Shown here in pieces: positions 19,410 through 28,830 of a DNA stretch of 64,000 nucleotides. Numbering within the stretch: the stretch's first letter is position 1; each line of letters opens with the position of its first letter. This DNA comes from Terriglobia bacterium. Lineage in GTDB: Bacteria; Acidobacteriota; Terriglobia; Acidiferrales; UBA7541. Made by a program: the position numbers and the translations under genes. The notes beneath the pieces were generated by a model. That model was not told the DNA's origin and did not search any database. It saw nothing but the letters and a program-made list of their open reading frames with translations. The DNA is taken from the NCBI GenBank assembly GCA_963695545.1, contig OY968796.1, positions 2,048,001 through 2,112,000 of the forward strand. Direction: 5' to 3'.

Positions 19410-20414
19410 ATGAAAGCAACAGACCAGGCACCGATCAACAGTTTGGCCGCTCAAAAGGCAGCCGCCCGAGGCTACTTCATGGGGGCCGCAAGTCCTGCCA
19501 TGCGACTGATCGAACGCACGATCGCAGACCTGGCACCAACGAATATCCCCGTGCTTCTGGTCGGAGAGAGTGGCACGGGCAAGGAAATCGTAGCGCTCGA
19601 GCTGCATCGCCTCTCTCGGCGCGGCCACCTGGCTTTCGTGAAATGCAGATGCGGTGCGATGACGGAGCAGGCTTTGCGCGCGTGCTTGCGGGGCGACGCC
19701 AGCGGCGTGGCAACAGCGGACAGCTCCGAGTGCGGGACGCTCCTGCTCGATGAACCCACTCAGCTGAATCCAGAATCCTGGGGTTCGCTCTTGCACCTTC
19801 TGCCGGACGCCGACGCCGCGGTGGAGCCAGTGTCCGGCGTACGCTTGGTTTCCGCGACGTCCCACAACATCGAAGAAGAAGTGCGAACGGGTCGTTTTCC
19901 GCGCGAGTTGTACTATCGATTGAATGGCGTGACGCTGCGGTTGCCTCCGCTGGCTTCGCGCAAAGAGGATATCGCGGGCCTGATGGATTATTTCCTGAAG
20001 AAGTATTCGGCTCTGTTCGACAAAGCGGAACCCGTCCTTGAACCCATCGCATGGGATATCCTGATGCGACATTCCTGGCCTGGAAACGTCCGCGAACTAG
20101 AGAACGTGGCGCGTAAAATCATAGCGTTGGGCGACAGCGAACTGGCGCTCGCGGATCTTGAAGCCGGTTTAAACGCGGTCGAACCAGTGAAATCCCTGGA
20201 AGGAGTCTCCGCAGCGGCGCGCCCGTCGGGCATGCGTCCGCTGAAAGAGGCGTCTCGCGAGGCTTCGCGGCAGGCGGAACGGGAATTGATCGCGCGAGCT
20301 CTTGATCGTACACACTGGAACAGGAAACGCACCGCGCGTGAGCTACAGATCAGTTACAAGGCCTTACTTTACAAACTCAAGCAGTTGGGGTTAAGCGATC
20401 AGGAAAGTGAATAA
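19410..20414 (+). CDS. Degenerate sigma54-activator-like AAA+/HTH protein lacking GAFTGA
   Basis: GESGTGKE, LLLDE, LYYRL, WPGNVRELEN, HTH; no ESELFG or GAFTGA. Confidence 0.85.
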   Translation: MKATDQAPINSLAAQKAAARGYFMGAASPAMRLIERTIADLAPTNIPVLLVGESGTGKEIVALELHRLSRRGHLAFVKCRCGAMTEQALRACLRGDASGVATADSSECGTLLLDEPTQLNPESWGSLLHLLPDADAAVEPVSGVRLVSATSHNIEEEVRTGRFPRELYYRLNGVTLRLPPLASRKEDIAGLMDYFLKKYSALFDKAEPVLEPIAWDILMRHSWPGNVRELENVARKIIALGDSELALADLEAGLNAVEPVKSLEGVSAAARPSGMRPLKEASREASRQAERELIARALDRTHWNRKRTARELQISYKALLYKLKQLGLSDQESE

Positions 20415-20436
20415 TCGAATTCTGAGGAGAACTGCA

Positions 20437-21129
20437 ATGAAGGAAACGGTTGATCGAAGCAATGCGCTCCGCGCAGACCGGCTCAGCAACGCACTCCGCG
20501 CCGACGGGCGGAACCTTGCGATGTTGGTTTTGCTGATCATGTTTGTGGGCCTCCCGCTCGCCGCTCAGGATCAGGCGTCGGGCAAGGCCGCACAAAGCCC
20601 GGCATCCGCCCCAGACGCTTCCGTCCCGCAGACGGCCGCGTCGGATCCGACGTACATCATTGGCTCCGACGACGTGTTGGACATCAGTGTCTGGAAAGAG
20701 CCGGACGTTTCTCGCGTCGTGCCGGTGCGACCTGACGGCAAGGTATCGCTGCCGCTCGTGAGCGACGTGCAAGCCGCCGGCCTGACGCCGAGCGAACTTG
20801 CCGCGGACCTCACCACGCGTCTGAAAAAATTCCTGAACGATCCGCAGGTCACGGTGATCGTCACGCAAATCAACAGCCGCCGTGTGTACATCGTTGGAGA
20901 AGTGGCCCGGCCGGGAGCGTTTCCGCTGCTGCCCGACATGACGGTTCTGCAGGCGCTGGCGGACGCCGGCGGGTTCACGACGTTCGCGAACACCAAGAAA
21001 ATCCACATTCTGAGAACGATCAACGGCAAGCAGACCGAATTCCCGTTTGAATACCACGAAGTCCTTGAGGGAAACAAGACTTCGGAAAACATCAAGTTAT
21101 TGCCGGGCGATGAAATCGTCGTCCCGTAG
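20437..21129 (+). CDS. Polysaccharide export protein (Wza/Poly_export + SLBB)
   Basis: YIIGSDDVL, VRPDGKVSLPLV, VGEVARPG, LLPGDEIVVP; GAGGAG RBS. Confidence 0.92.
   Translation: MKETVDRSNALRADRLSNALRADGRNLAMLVLLIMFVGLPLAAQDQASGKAAQSPASAPDASVPQTAASDPTYIIGSDDVLDISVWKEPDVSRVVPVRPDGKVSLPLVSDVQAAGLTPSELAADLTTRLKKFLNDPQVTVIVTQINSRRVYIVGEVARPGAFPLLPDMTVLQALADAGGFTTFANTKKIHILRTINGKQTEFPFEYHEVLEGNKTSENIKLLPGDEIVVP
20456..20509 (+). repeat. Two 27-bp repeat units (one perfect, one degenerate) in the export-protein N-terminus
   Basis: Period 27; translated SNALRADRL-SNALRADGR. Confidence 0.85.
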
Positions 21130-21143
21130 GGGGTATTGATTCG

Positions 21144-22610
21144 ATGAAGCGCATCTCACTCGCCGGATTGCTTCTCGCCGCGCTTTTTTGCGTGCCGGCT
21201 GCGAGGAGTCAGCAGTCGACTCCGGATCAAGGGACCAGTACGCCTGCCGCTCCCGACCAACCGCTGCCGGCACCGAACACGACGCCCTCCAGCGGCAGTA
21301 CAAACGATGCCGGCGCCGCGCCTGCGGGGCGCTCGCTTTTGGGTTCGGACGCAGCCGACCAATCCCCCGCTGATACGTTGCCGCTTTCCGGCGCCCAGCA
21401 ATTGACGATTCCCGGTACGACTGAGCCCACGAATTTCTTCGACGCGAGCGCGCTGTTTTCGGGAAGTGGGGATAGCGGCGTGATCAACGCTCAGAAGTTG
21501 CCGACGTGGGGAGCGAGCGAGGTCGCGGGAGGTGAGATTACGGTCGATCGTTCCTGGAACGCCGATCGCTTTGCGTTGTCTTATTCGGGCGGAGGCTTGT
21601 TTTACCAGCCGAGCGCGTTGTATCCGGACGCGATGTTCCACACGCTTTCCGTAGGACAACAATTTGCCTGGAAACGATTGACACTCCGCTTGATGGATCA
21701 ATTCTCGTACTCGCCGACCTCCTTATTCGGCGGAGCGGGCCTCGGCGGACCGGGACTATTGGCCGAGACGGGGCAGACGACGACCCCGCTCAGTCCGATT
21801 TATGGCGTCAGCGACACGATTCTGACGGGCGAATCCCGAGTCGTGAACAACTCCGCAGTCGGTGAAATTCAGTACAACTTTTCTCTGCGTTCCTCGTTCA
21901 CCGTTACAGGCTCCTACGGGGTGCTCGACTACGAAGGCGGAGGTTACATAAGCAGTCACGACTACGTGGTAAGCGCGGGATACAATTACGCGCTGACCCC
22001 GAAAGACGCATTGGCCGCCACTTACAGCTTTACCCAGACGCAGTTCACCGGAGCGCCCGAAAACCTGAGCTTCGAGGCGGTGAATCTTGCGTACTCGCAC
22101 CAAGTGAGTGGCCGCTTGGTATTTCAAATCAGCGCGGGGCCTGAGTTCACCGAGTTTCACAATTACACGCCGAGCGTAGGAAATGCCGTGGGATTTAGCG
22201 TGGATACCGGACTGCAGTATCGGCTGCGCCGCAGTTCTTTCGGTGCGGCTTTCTCGCGCGGTGACAACGCCGGGTCCGGTGTTTTCTTCGGCTCGGTCAG
22301 CGATTCGGTCACCGGTAACGTGAGTCACCAGTTTTCACGATTCCTGACGGGCGTGGTGTATGTCGGATATTCGAAGAGCGGAAGTTTGGTGAGCGTGCCG
22401 GGAGTCGCGAATGAATTTCACGATTGGTTCATCGGAGCCAGTTTGGGGCGCCAGTTCGGGCGCTACACGCACTTGAGTTTCAATTACGGAGCGGAACAAC
22501 AGCCTTCGGACGGAATCTGCCCGGTGACGAGCTGCGGCACGAACCAGGTGGTTCAAACCATCGGCGTCGCGCTTGACTTGCACATACATCCGATTGGCAC
22601 TGTCGAGTGA
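21144..22610 (+). CDS. Exported outer-membrane beta-barrel-like protein, EPS-associated
   Basis: Signal peptide, many amphipathic aromatic beta-strands, directly after the Wza-like gene. Confidence 0.7.
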   Translation: MKRISLAGLLLAALFCVPAARSQQSTPDQGTSTPAAPDQPLPAPNTTPSSGSTNDAGAAPAGRSLLGSDAADQSPADTLPLSGAQQLTIPGTTEPTNFFDASALFSGSGDSGVINAQKLPTWGASEVAGGEITVDRSWNADRFALSYSGGGLFYQPSALYPDAMFHTLSVGQQFAWKRLTLRLMDQFSYSPTSLFGGAGLGGPGLLAETGQTTTPLSPIYGVSDTILTGESRVVNNSAVGEIQYNFSLRSSFTVTGSYGVLDYEGGGYISSHDYVVSAGYNYALTPKDALAATYSFTQTQFTGAPENLSFEAVNLAYSHQVSGRLVFQISAGPEFTEFHNYTPSVGNAVGFSVDTGLQYRLRRSSFGAAFSRGDNAGSGVFFGSVSDSVTGNVSHQFSRFLTGVVYVGYSKSGSLVSVPGVANEFHDWFIGASLGRQFGRYTHLSFNYGAEQQPSDGICPVTSCGTNQVVQTIGVALDLHIHPIGTVE

Positions 22611-22700
22611 GTGCGATTATCGGGCCTCCGCGTAGCGATGCGGCATGAAGAGCCGCCAAGATCAAGCGGGCTTGCGCAGGAGATCACAGAAGCGGCGCGC

Positions 22701-23441
22701 TCAGCCCAATAAGTTGTAGCGGAGAATGCACCACAGAGTGCGGAAGCCGTCTTTCCATGTGATTTTCTTGCCGTCCGCGTAGGTGCGGCCGGAATAGGAA
22801 ATCGGCACCTCGTAAATGCGCCATCTTCCCTTGGCAACTTTGGCGGTCACTTCCGGCTCGAAGCCGAACCGATTCGACCGCAGTTCCATACCCTCGATCA
22901 CCTCGCGCCGGAAAACTTTGTAGCAAGTTTCCATGTCGGTGAGCTTCAGATTCGTCATGATGTCTGAAAGCAGCGTCAGAAATTTATTGCCGACGTAATG
23001 CCAGAAATAGTGGACTCGCTGTGGTCCGCCGAGGAAGCGCGAACCGTAGACCACGTCGGCGCGACCGTCGAGAATCGGCTTGAGCAGATTGCCATATTCC
23101 GCCGGGTCGTATTCTAGGTCGGCATCCTGCACGATAAAAATCTCGCCCGTGGCGGCCTTGAAACCGCGGCGCAGCGCCGCGCCTTTGCCGCGATTGCGCT
23201 CCTGGAAGAGGAAACGAACGTTGTGGAGCGCGAGACTTGCGGCGCCGTCGAGCACGGCGGCGGCCGGCTCACCCGCGGTCTGCGCCCGGCAAAGCGCTTC
23301 GAGGAGTTGGCGCGTGCCATCGGTTGAGCCGTCGTCGATGACAATAATTTCCTTGTCGATCGAAGCGGCCTGGACGCGCAGCAAGACGCTCTCCACGTAG
23401 GCGCGTTCGTTGTATACCGGGACGATGACGGACACGATCAT
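22701..23441 (-). CDS. Glycosyltransferase family 2 (DPM1-like)
   Basis: VPVYNE, DDGSTDGT, GKGAA, QDADLEY, DMETCYK. Confidence 0.93.
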   Translation of the reverse strand: MIVSVIVPVYNERAYVESVLLRVQAASIDKEIIVIDDGSTDGTRQLLEALCRAQTAGEPAAAVLDGAASLALHNVRFLFQERNRGKGAALRRGFKAATGEIFIVQDADLEYDPAEYGNLLKPILDGRADVVYGSRFLGGPQRVHYFWHYVGNKFLTLLSDIMTNLKLTDMETCYKVFRREVIEGMELRSNRFGFEPEVTAKVAKGRWRIYEVPISYSGRTYADGKKITWKDGFRTLWCILRYNLLG

Positions 23442-23594
23442 CGGGTGACGAATCTCCGAATCGGATTCATTTCGCGCGTTCCCGGGCTACACATGGGATG
23501 TTTCAAGCGCAACATCATGCGGGAGCTTGTGCGTGAACGCAATTGCTTTGCGCGACGCCGCGCCGTCGGCGTCACGGGCACGCGTGGCGCTGCG

Positions 23595-24464
23595 TCATTT
23601 CCCCGAGCCAGCCGGCGCCTCCGCCGGGCCCGGCGCAGCCGAAACTGATGGATAACGGCCGAGCAGGCTGTTCCATCGAATCACGGCGAGATCTCCGACC
23701 ATCTGCAGGCCGTCGCCGAGGACGTGCACCCGCGTGGCCGGGTCGTGAGCCCATCGCACGGGAACTTCGACGACGCTTAATCCATGGCGGCGCGCCAGGA
23801 ACAACAGCTCGGGATCGAAGCCGAAGCGCTCGATTCGTTGTTGCTCAAACAGGATTTGCGTGCGCTCGCGGCGAAAGGCTTTGAATCCGCACTGCGTATC
23901 GGCGAACGGCACGCCAATGAGCGCCCGGACGGCCCAATTGAAAGATTTCCCGGCCATTTCTCTGACGCCGGATTGATGCACTTCGATCAGGCCGCGATTG
24001 AGCGCGCGCGAACCAATCGCGACGTCGGAATTTTCGAGCGCGGCGAGCAGCTTATCGGCTTCCTCAATCGGCGCCGAAAGATCCGCGTCGGTGAAGAGCG
24101 CGACGTTTCCCTTGGCCTCACGCATACCGTGGCGCACGCTGTAGCCTTTGCCGCGATTGCCGGCGTTCGAGACGAGACGCAATCCGGCGATTCGCGAGCG
24201 CAAGCTTTCTACCACCTGCGCAGTTTGGTCGCGGGAACCGTCGTCGACCACCAGAATTTCCCAGGTCAACGGACGTGCGGCGAAATACTCCTCGATCCGC
24301 GCGAGTGTCGGCGGCAGGCGCTTTTCTTCGTTGTAGGCCGGAATAATTACAGATACGTCCGGAGATGTTGGAGTGGATTTCTGCCCGGATTCCGGAGTTT
24401 GGGAATCGACAAAGGGAAAAGTTGCTGAAGTGCCGCGCCCCGAATCAGGCGGTGCGGGGCTCAT
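23595..24464 (-). CDS. GT2, dolichyl-phosphate beta-glucosyltransferase-like
   Basis: IPAYNE, DDGSRD, GKGYSVR, TDADLS, DTQCGFK. Confidence 0.92.
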   Translation of the reverse strand: MSPAPPDSGRGTSATFPFVDSQTPESGQKSTPTSPDVSVIIPAYNEEKRLPPTLARIEEYFAARPLTWEILVVDDGSRDQTAQVVESLRSRIAGLRLVSNAGNRGKGYSVRHGMREAKGNVALFTDADLSAPIEEADKLLAALENSDVAIGSRALNRGLIEVHQSGVREMAGKSFNWAVRALIGVPFADTQCGFKAFRRERTQILFEQQRIERFGFDPELLFLARRHGLSVVEVPVRWAHDPATRVHVLGDGLQMVGDLAVIRWNSLLGRYPSVSAAPGPAEAPAGSGK

Positions 24465-24783
24465 TGCGGATGATCTCGTAGCGTTCGATCACCGCGGCCA
24501 CACCCACTCGGGTGGATCCATTGTCCGGCCGCCGATCGACGCGCACTACTTTCCCCATGGCGCGTATAAAGACTTCCGAACCACGGGTGACCTCGGCGGG
24601 CAATGTGAGCGTGATGTCCAATTCGCTGCCGGAATTCAAATCTTCTTCCAGCGTGAAATAGACGCCGCGCGTCGAGATGTCTCGCGTCTTGCCATTGCGA
24701 GCCGAGACTTCCTTCTCGATGGGAAGCCGGATAATGACCGGTAGTGCAAGGTCGTATCTTCGAGCCGTACGTCTGTCGGTCAT
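24445..24783 (-). CDS. Stand-alone PilZ protein
   Basis: DRRTARR (RxxxR) and DISTRG (DxSxxG). Confidence 0.88.
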   Translation of the reverse strand: MTDRRTARRYDLALPVIIRLPIEKEVSARNGKTRDISTRGVYFTLEEDLNSGSELDITLTLPAEVTRGSEVFIRAMGKVVRVDRRPDNGSTRVGVAAVIERYEIIRNEPRTA

Positions 24784-25140
24784 CAAAACCAATCCCCCGA
24801 ACCATCCCGGACGCGCGCTAAGCACGCCTCACGCTCCTAGTAGGGAGCACTTGCCATTCCAAAGAGCGCCCGCAATTCAAGAATCGCAAAAGCCGGCTCA
24901 GAAGCGGCGGAACTCACTCGCGGTGCCAAATTGCGGCGCGACGAAAATAACTCATTTACAATAAGCACAATAGACCGAATTCGCCGACCCCAATGTTTTC
25001 CCACAAAGGGATAACTTCGGGGCGCCCGTCTGCGACCGGCTCGGGCCCGGATTGTAGCCCCAGTTGCAGGGTAAACGCTAGGCCCAGTTGCGACAGGAAT
25101 GCCTTGAATAGGCAACAGGTTGCAGCTTTTCCGGGCACGC

Positions 25141-26613
25141 CTATTCGACGTTGCCGGCCGGAACCGCGGGTATTTTAGGTTGAGCTGCTGCCGGTTCGGG
25201 GGTCGCCGTGCTGCGTCCAGACCGCCCGGAATCCAGATTGAATTGGCGGATCTTGTAGAGCAGCGCCTTGTAGCTGATACCGAGCATCTTGGCTGCGTCC
25301 TTGCGGCACCAGTGCGTTTTCTGCAGCGCGTCAGAGATCGCTTCCATTTCCGCTTCGTCCTTGAGTCCGCGCACGAGGGCTTTCAGTCCCTGCGCGCGCG
25401 CGGGAACCGGCTCGTCGCGCGGAGCGGTGCGCTGCTGCGTGGCGGACATCTCAAGCAACTCACGCAGACCGCCTTCGTCATCTTCGAGGATGACGTAGCG
25501 CTTGACGAAATTTTCGAGCTCGCGCAAATTTCCCGGCCAGGGATAGCGCACGGCCGCCTCCAGCAAGTACTCGGACGGCGCCGGCGCGGTCTTCTGAAAC
25601 TTCACGCTGTACTTTTCAAGAAAATGCCGGAACAGCAGGGGGATTTCTGAAGTCCGCTCGCGCAGGGGCGGCACATTTATGGAAAGTACGTTTAGGCGGT
25701 AGTAGAGATCCTCGCGCAGACGGCCGGATTTCATGGCTTCTTGTACTTCCATGTTGGTCGCCGCCAGAACGCGGACGTCAACCTCGATCAGATGCCGTCC
25801 GCCGAGGCGCGAATACTGGTGATCCTGCAAGACGTGCAGCAGCTTGGCCTGCAGATGAGGGCTCATCTCTGCGATTTCGTCGAGAAAAATCGTGCCCTTG
25901 TTGGCTTGCTCGAACTTGCCGGGCTTGGAGCGCACGGCTCCCGTGAACGCGCCTTGCTCATATCCGAACAGCTCGGATTCGAGAAGCTCGCCGGGCAGGG
26001 CCGCGCAGTTAACTTTTATGAAAGGCTGGGTGCGCCGGTTCGAGCGAATGTGGATCATGCGCGCGACCACTTCCTTGCCCACGCCGCTTTCGCCGCAGAT
26101 GAACACCGGTACGTCCACCGGCGCGATTTGCAGCACCTGCTGGCGGATGCGAACCATTTGCGGGCTGGCGGCCAGGAAGGTCATGTCTTCGGTCAGTTGG
26201 TCGCAATATTCGGTGAGTGCCTTGTTTTCGTTACGCAGCTCGCGTTTCTGGCGGCACTTCAGCATGGCCACGTCGAGCTCGCCCTTCTCAAACGGCTTAG
26301 TCAAATAGTCGTGCGCGCCCAGGCGAATCGCCTCGACGACCGTGCCCACTTCGTTTGAGCAGGAAAGCATGATCACGCTGAGCGAGCGGTCAACGTTCAT
26401 GATCTGCTTGAGCGTGTCCAGGCCGTTCAGCTCGGGCATGAGCACGTCCAGAATTATGAAATCCGGCCGCTGGCCGGTCTTTAGCAGTTCGATCGCTTCC
26501 GTGCCACTACCGATAGTTTCGACGTCGTAGCCATCGACTTCGAGCAGCGTTTGCAGGTATTTCCGAATACTCGGTTCGTCGTCGACGACAAGAATTCTTT
26601 CTCGATTAGCCAT
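25141..26613 (-). CDS. NtrC-family sigma54 response regulator
   Basis: VVDDE/LDVLMP receiver, GESGVGKE, GAFTGA, FLDEI, HTH. Confidence 0.96.
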   Translation of the reverse strand: MANRERILVVDDEPSIRKYLQTLLEVDGYDVETIGSGTEAIELLKTGQRPDFIILDVLMPELNGLDTLKQIMNVDRSLSVIMLSCSNEVGTVVEAIRLGAHDYLTKPFEKGELDVAMLKCRQKRELRNENKALTEYCDQLTEDMTFLAASPQMVRIRQQVLQIAPVDVPVFICGESGVGKEVVARMIHIRSNRRTQPFIKVNCAALPGELLESELFGYEQGAFTGAVRSKPGKFEQANKGTIFLDEIAEMSPHLQAKLLHVLQDHQYSRLGGRHLIEVDVRVLAATNMEVQEAMKSGRLREDLYYRLNVLSINVPPLRERTSEIPLLFRHFLEKYSVKFQKTAPAPSEYLLEAAVRYPWPGNLRELENFVKRYVILEDDEGGLRELLEMSATQQRTAPRDEPVPARAQGLKALVRGLKDEAEMEAISDALQKTHWCRKDAAKMLGISYKALLYKIRQFNLDSGRSGRSTATPEPAAAQPKIPAVPAGNVE

Positions 26614-26648
26614 GGTCCTTCCTTCCTCAAACTCTGCGAAAAATTTTC

Positions 26649-27887
26649 TTATGCGGCGTCCAGCGGCAGCAGAAACGTGAAAGTGCAGCCGCGGCGGGGT
26701 TCGCTATCCACCCAGATTTTCCCGCGATGCGCCTGGACCAGCCGCTTGGCGATTGCCAAGCCCAGCCCCATGCCGGACGAGGAGCGATCCACGCGCACGA
26801 AATCTTCGAAAATTTCCTGATGGTGTTCGGCGGCGATTCCTGGGCCCGTGTCCGAGACCGCGACGCGCACGCTGTTGGCCCGCTGATTGCGCTGGGAGCG
26901 GCGCTCGGTGGGGGGAAGCTCCTCTGCCGCGCGGCGCTCCCAAAAATGCGGCTCGGCGCGCAGCGTGACTGTGCCGCCGGCCGGAGTGTGCTTGAGCGCG
27001 TTGTCGAGCAGATTGGCCACGGTCTGCTGCACCTTCTGATAGTCGAACGCGAGCGCCGGCATATCCGGCGCAAAGAAAGTATCGAGACGCACATTCTTGC
27101 GAACAAACGCCTCGCGCCAGCGCGTCTCGATTTCGGTGAGGCAATCGCGAAGATCGTTTTCGCGCAGATGCATCACCAGTTTGCCGCTCTCGAGCGCCGA
27201 ATAATTCAGGAACATCGAAACCAGACGCACCAGACGTTCGCAACTTTCTTTCGATTCTTGCAGGATATCCTGCTGCTTCGCAGTGAGCTTGCCGAGCGAT
27301 CCCGAGAGCAGCAGATCGTAGTATCCCTTGATTACCGCCAGCGGCGTCTTCAGTTCGTGCGCGGCCGAGGCCAGAAACACCGTCTTCTGTCGATTCACTT
27401 CCTGAAGCCGGAGATACGCCGCCAGAAGATTGCGGTAGGTAATCTCGCGCTCCTGCAACAATTCCTGAACCGTGCGCTGCATCTCGGTGTCGCTGTCCGC
27501 AGGTTCGTGAGAAGAGGGTTCGGACTCGAGGCGCACCACCAGCCAATCCGGCTCCGGCAGCCATTGGATGCGAGCTTGAGCGAGTCCGTTCGGACACTCC
27601 ACGCGGAGCTTCACTTCGCTCTCGCCACTTTCCATTTGCTCGACGATCACCTTCGGATCCACGCGGAGCAAATTGGAAAACAAATTCGAGTGCATCTCGG
27701 CGGCGACGCCGCGAGCCGCCAGATACTGCTTGGCATGCAGATTCGCCAGGATCACGCGTCCATCGCGCTCGGCGACCAGAATGGGCTGCTCCAGCAGATC
27801 CAGAAGGCTGGCCATCATGCCTAGCGGCAGACTTTCTTTGGGTCGATTCTCGACAGCGGTGCCGTGCTTCAAGTGAATTCCCCTCAC
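26649..27887 (-). CDS. Cytoplasmic sensor histidine kinase
   Basis: AHELKTPL H-box, NLLDNALK, DTGPG, GMGLGL; no obvious TM; PAS-like N-terminus. Confidence 0.94.
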   Translation of the reverse strand: MRGIHLKHGTAVENRPKESLPLGMMASLLDLLEQPILVAERDGRVILANLHAKQYLAARGVAAEMHSNLFSNLLRVDPKVIVEQMESGESEVKLRVECPNGLAQARIQWLPEPDWLVVRLESEPSSHEPADSDTEMQRTVQELLQEREITYRNLLAAYLRLQEVNRQKTVFLASAAHELKTPLAVIKGYYDLLLSGSLGKLTAKQQDILQESKESCERLVRLVSMFLNYSALESGKLVMHLRENDLRDCLTEIETRWREAFVRKNVRLDTFFAPDMPALAFDYQKVQQTVANLLDNALKHTPAGGTVTLRAEPHFWERRAAEELPPTERRSQRNQRANSVRVAVSDTGPGIAAEHHQEIFEDFVRVDRSSSGMGLGLAIAKRLVQAHRGKIWVDSEPRRGCTFTFLLPLDAA

Positions 27888-28007
27888 AAGAACTGAACCG
27901 CCGGGACGCTTCGGAAGGATGCTCGAAAGCCTTGCGTCGTCTATGCGGTTTTATTTTGCGGGACCGGGTGGATAGTCGCAGAAGGGCTCAGAGGTGTCAA
28001 TGGTAAA

Positions 28008-28023
28008 TGGGTTCCATCTTGCA
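28008..28023 (+). promoter_or_regulatory. Possible sigma54 -24/-12 promoter
   Basis: TGG-GTTCCATCTT-GCA has the GG-N10-GC spacing and TTGCA, but a poor -24 context. Confidence 0.25.
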
Positions 28024-28246
28024 CAATTGTAGTAAAGAAGTGGACCGTTTTTCCCCAGACCAGTGAAGAAAACTTTTGCATGTCACTTTCGCAGCTTGGC
28101 GATCACGCTTGTTTTCAATTACTTACACGGTTGAGCGGGGACCGCTTAACGTGGACTCAAATATGCTACCTTGGTCCGGGTACTAGAACGAAGGTACCAG
28201 CAGCGTCAGGAGATTTACCCCGAAAATATCGGACGTTACCGTTCGT

Positions 28247-28570
28247 ATGCGCTTACCCCCGACCGAGCGCCGACGCTCTTCCCGTATCCATTTGCAAATC
28301 CCCGTTTTCGTTCGCGGTGTTGACAGCTCGGGCGCCGCCTTTCTGGATCTGACGAAAACGCTGGATATCAGCGCCACAGGCGCGTTCATCGCCAGTTCCC
28401 GCGCGCTAAACTCGGGTCATCTGGTTTATCTAACCGTGCCGGCTCCTTCGCCTTCGACCACGGGCACCCTGCCCGCGGAGACGCCTCCGATCCAGGCGCG
28501 GATATGTCGCCAGCAAATTGCCGGAGATATGCATTTAATCGGCTTGGAATTTCTGACGCCCTTGGACTGA
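28247..28570 (+). CDS. Stand-alone PilZ protein
   Basis: ERRRSSR, DISATG, IGLEF. Confidence 0.88.
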   Translation: MRLPPTERRRSSRIHLQIPVFVRGVDSSGAAFLDLTKTLDISATGAFIASSRALNSGHLVYLTVPAPSPSTTGTLPAETPPIQARICRQQIAGDMHLIGLEFLTPLD

Positions 28571-28830
28571 ATTCAGGGCGAACGTACAGAGCATGAATGA
28601 TTTAGCTCCGAGTGTGAAAGATGTTGCCACTTCTAGGTATTGTGGCGTCCTACCGCGCAGCGCCTCTGGTGCAACCAGAGGCTTTGTCCTTCTAAACAAA
28701 ACACATAGATGACCAGGATAGGAGCAGAGCGCCCCATAGCGGTCGATGGCAGCCGGCGTGCTACTTTATCAGAGCTTCTCTCTGCAATCCCCCAAACCGC
28801 AGTGGGGGTGAGCTGGAGTTCTGGACCATA

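Noticed and set aside
19208..28009. GTAAATG as a shared operator (19211, 19293, 24953 reverse, 28003)
   Set aside because: Only 7 bp, and it also occurs outside these promoters (7988, 22812); cannot be separated from chance by eye.
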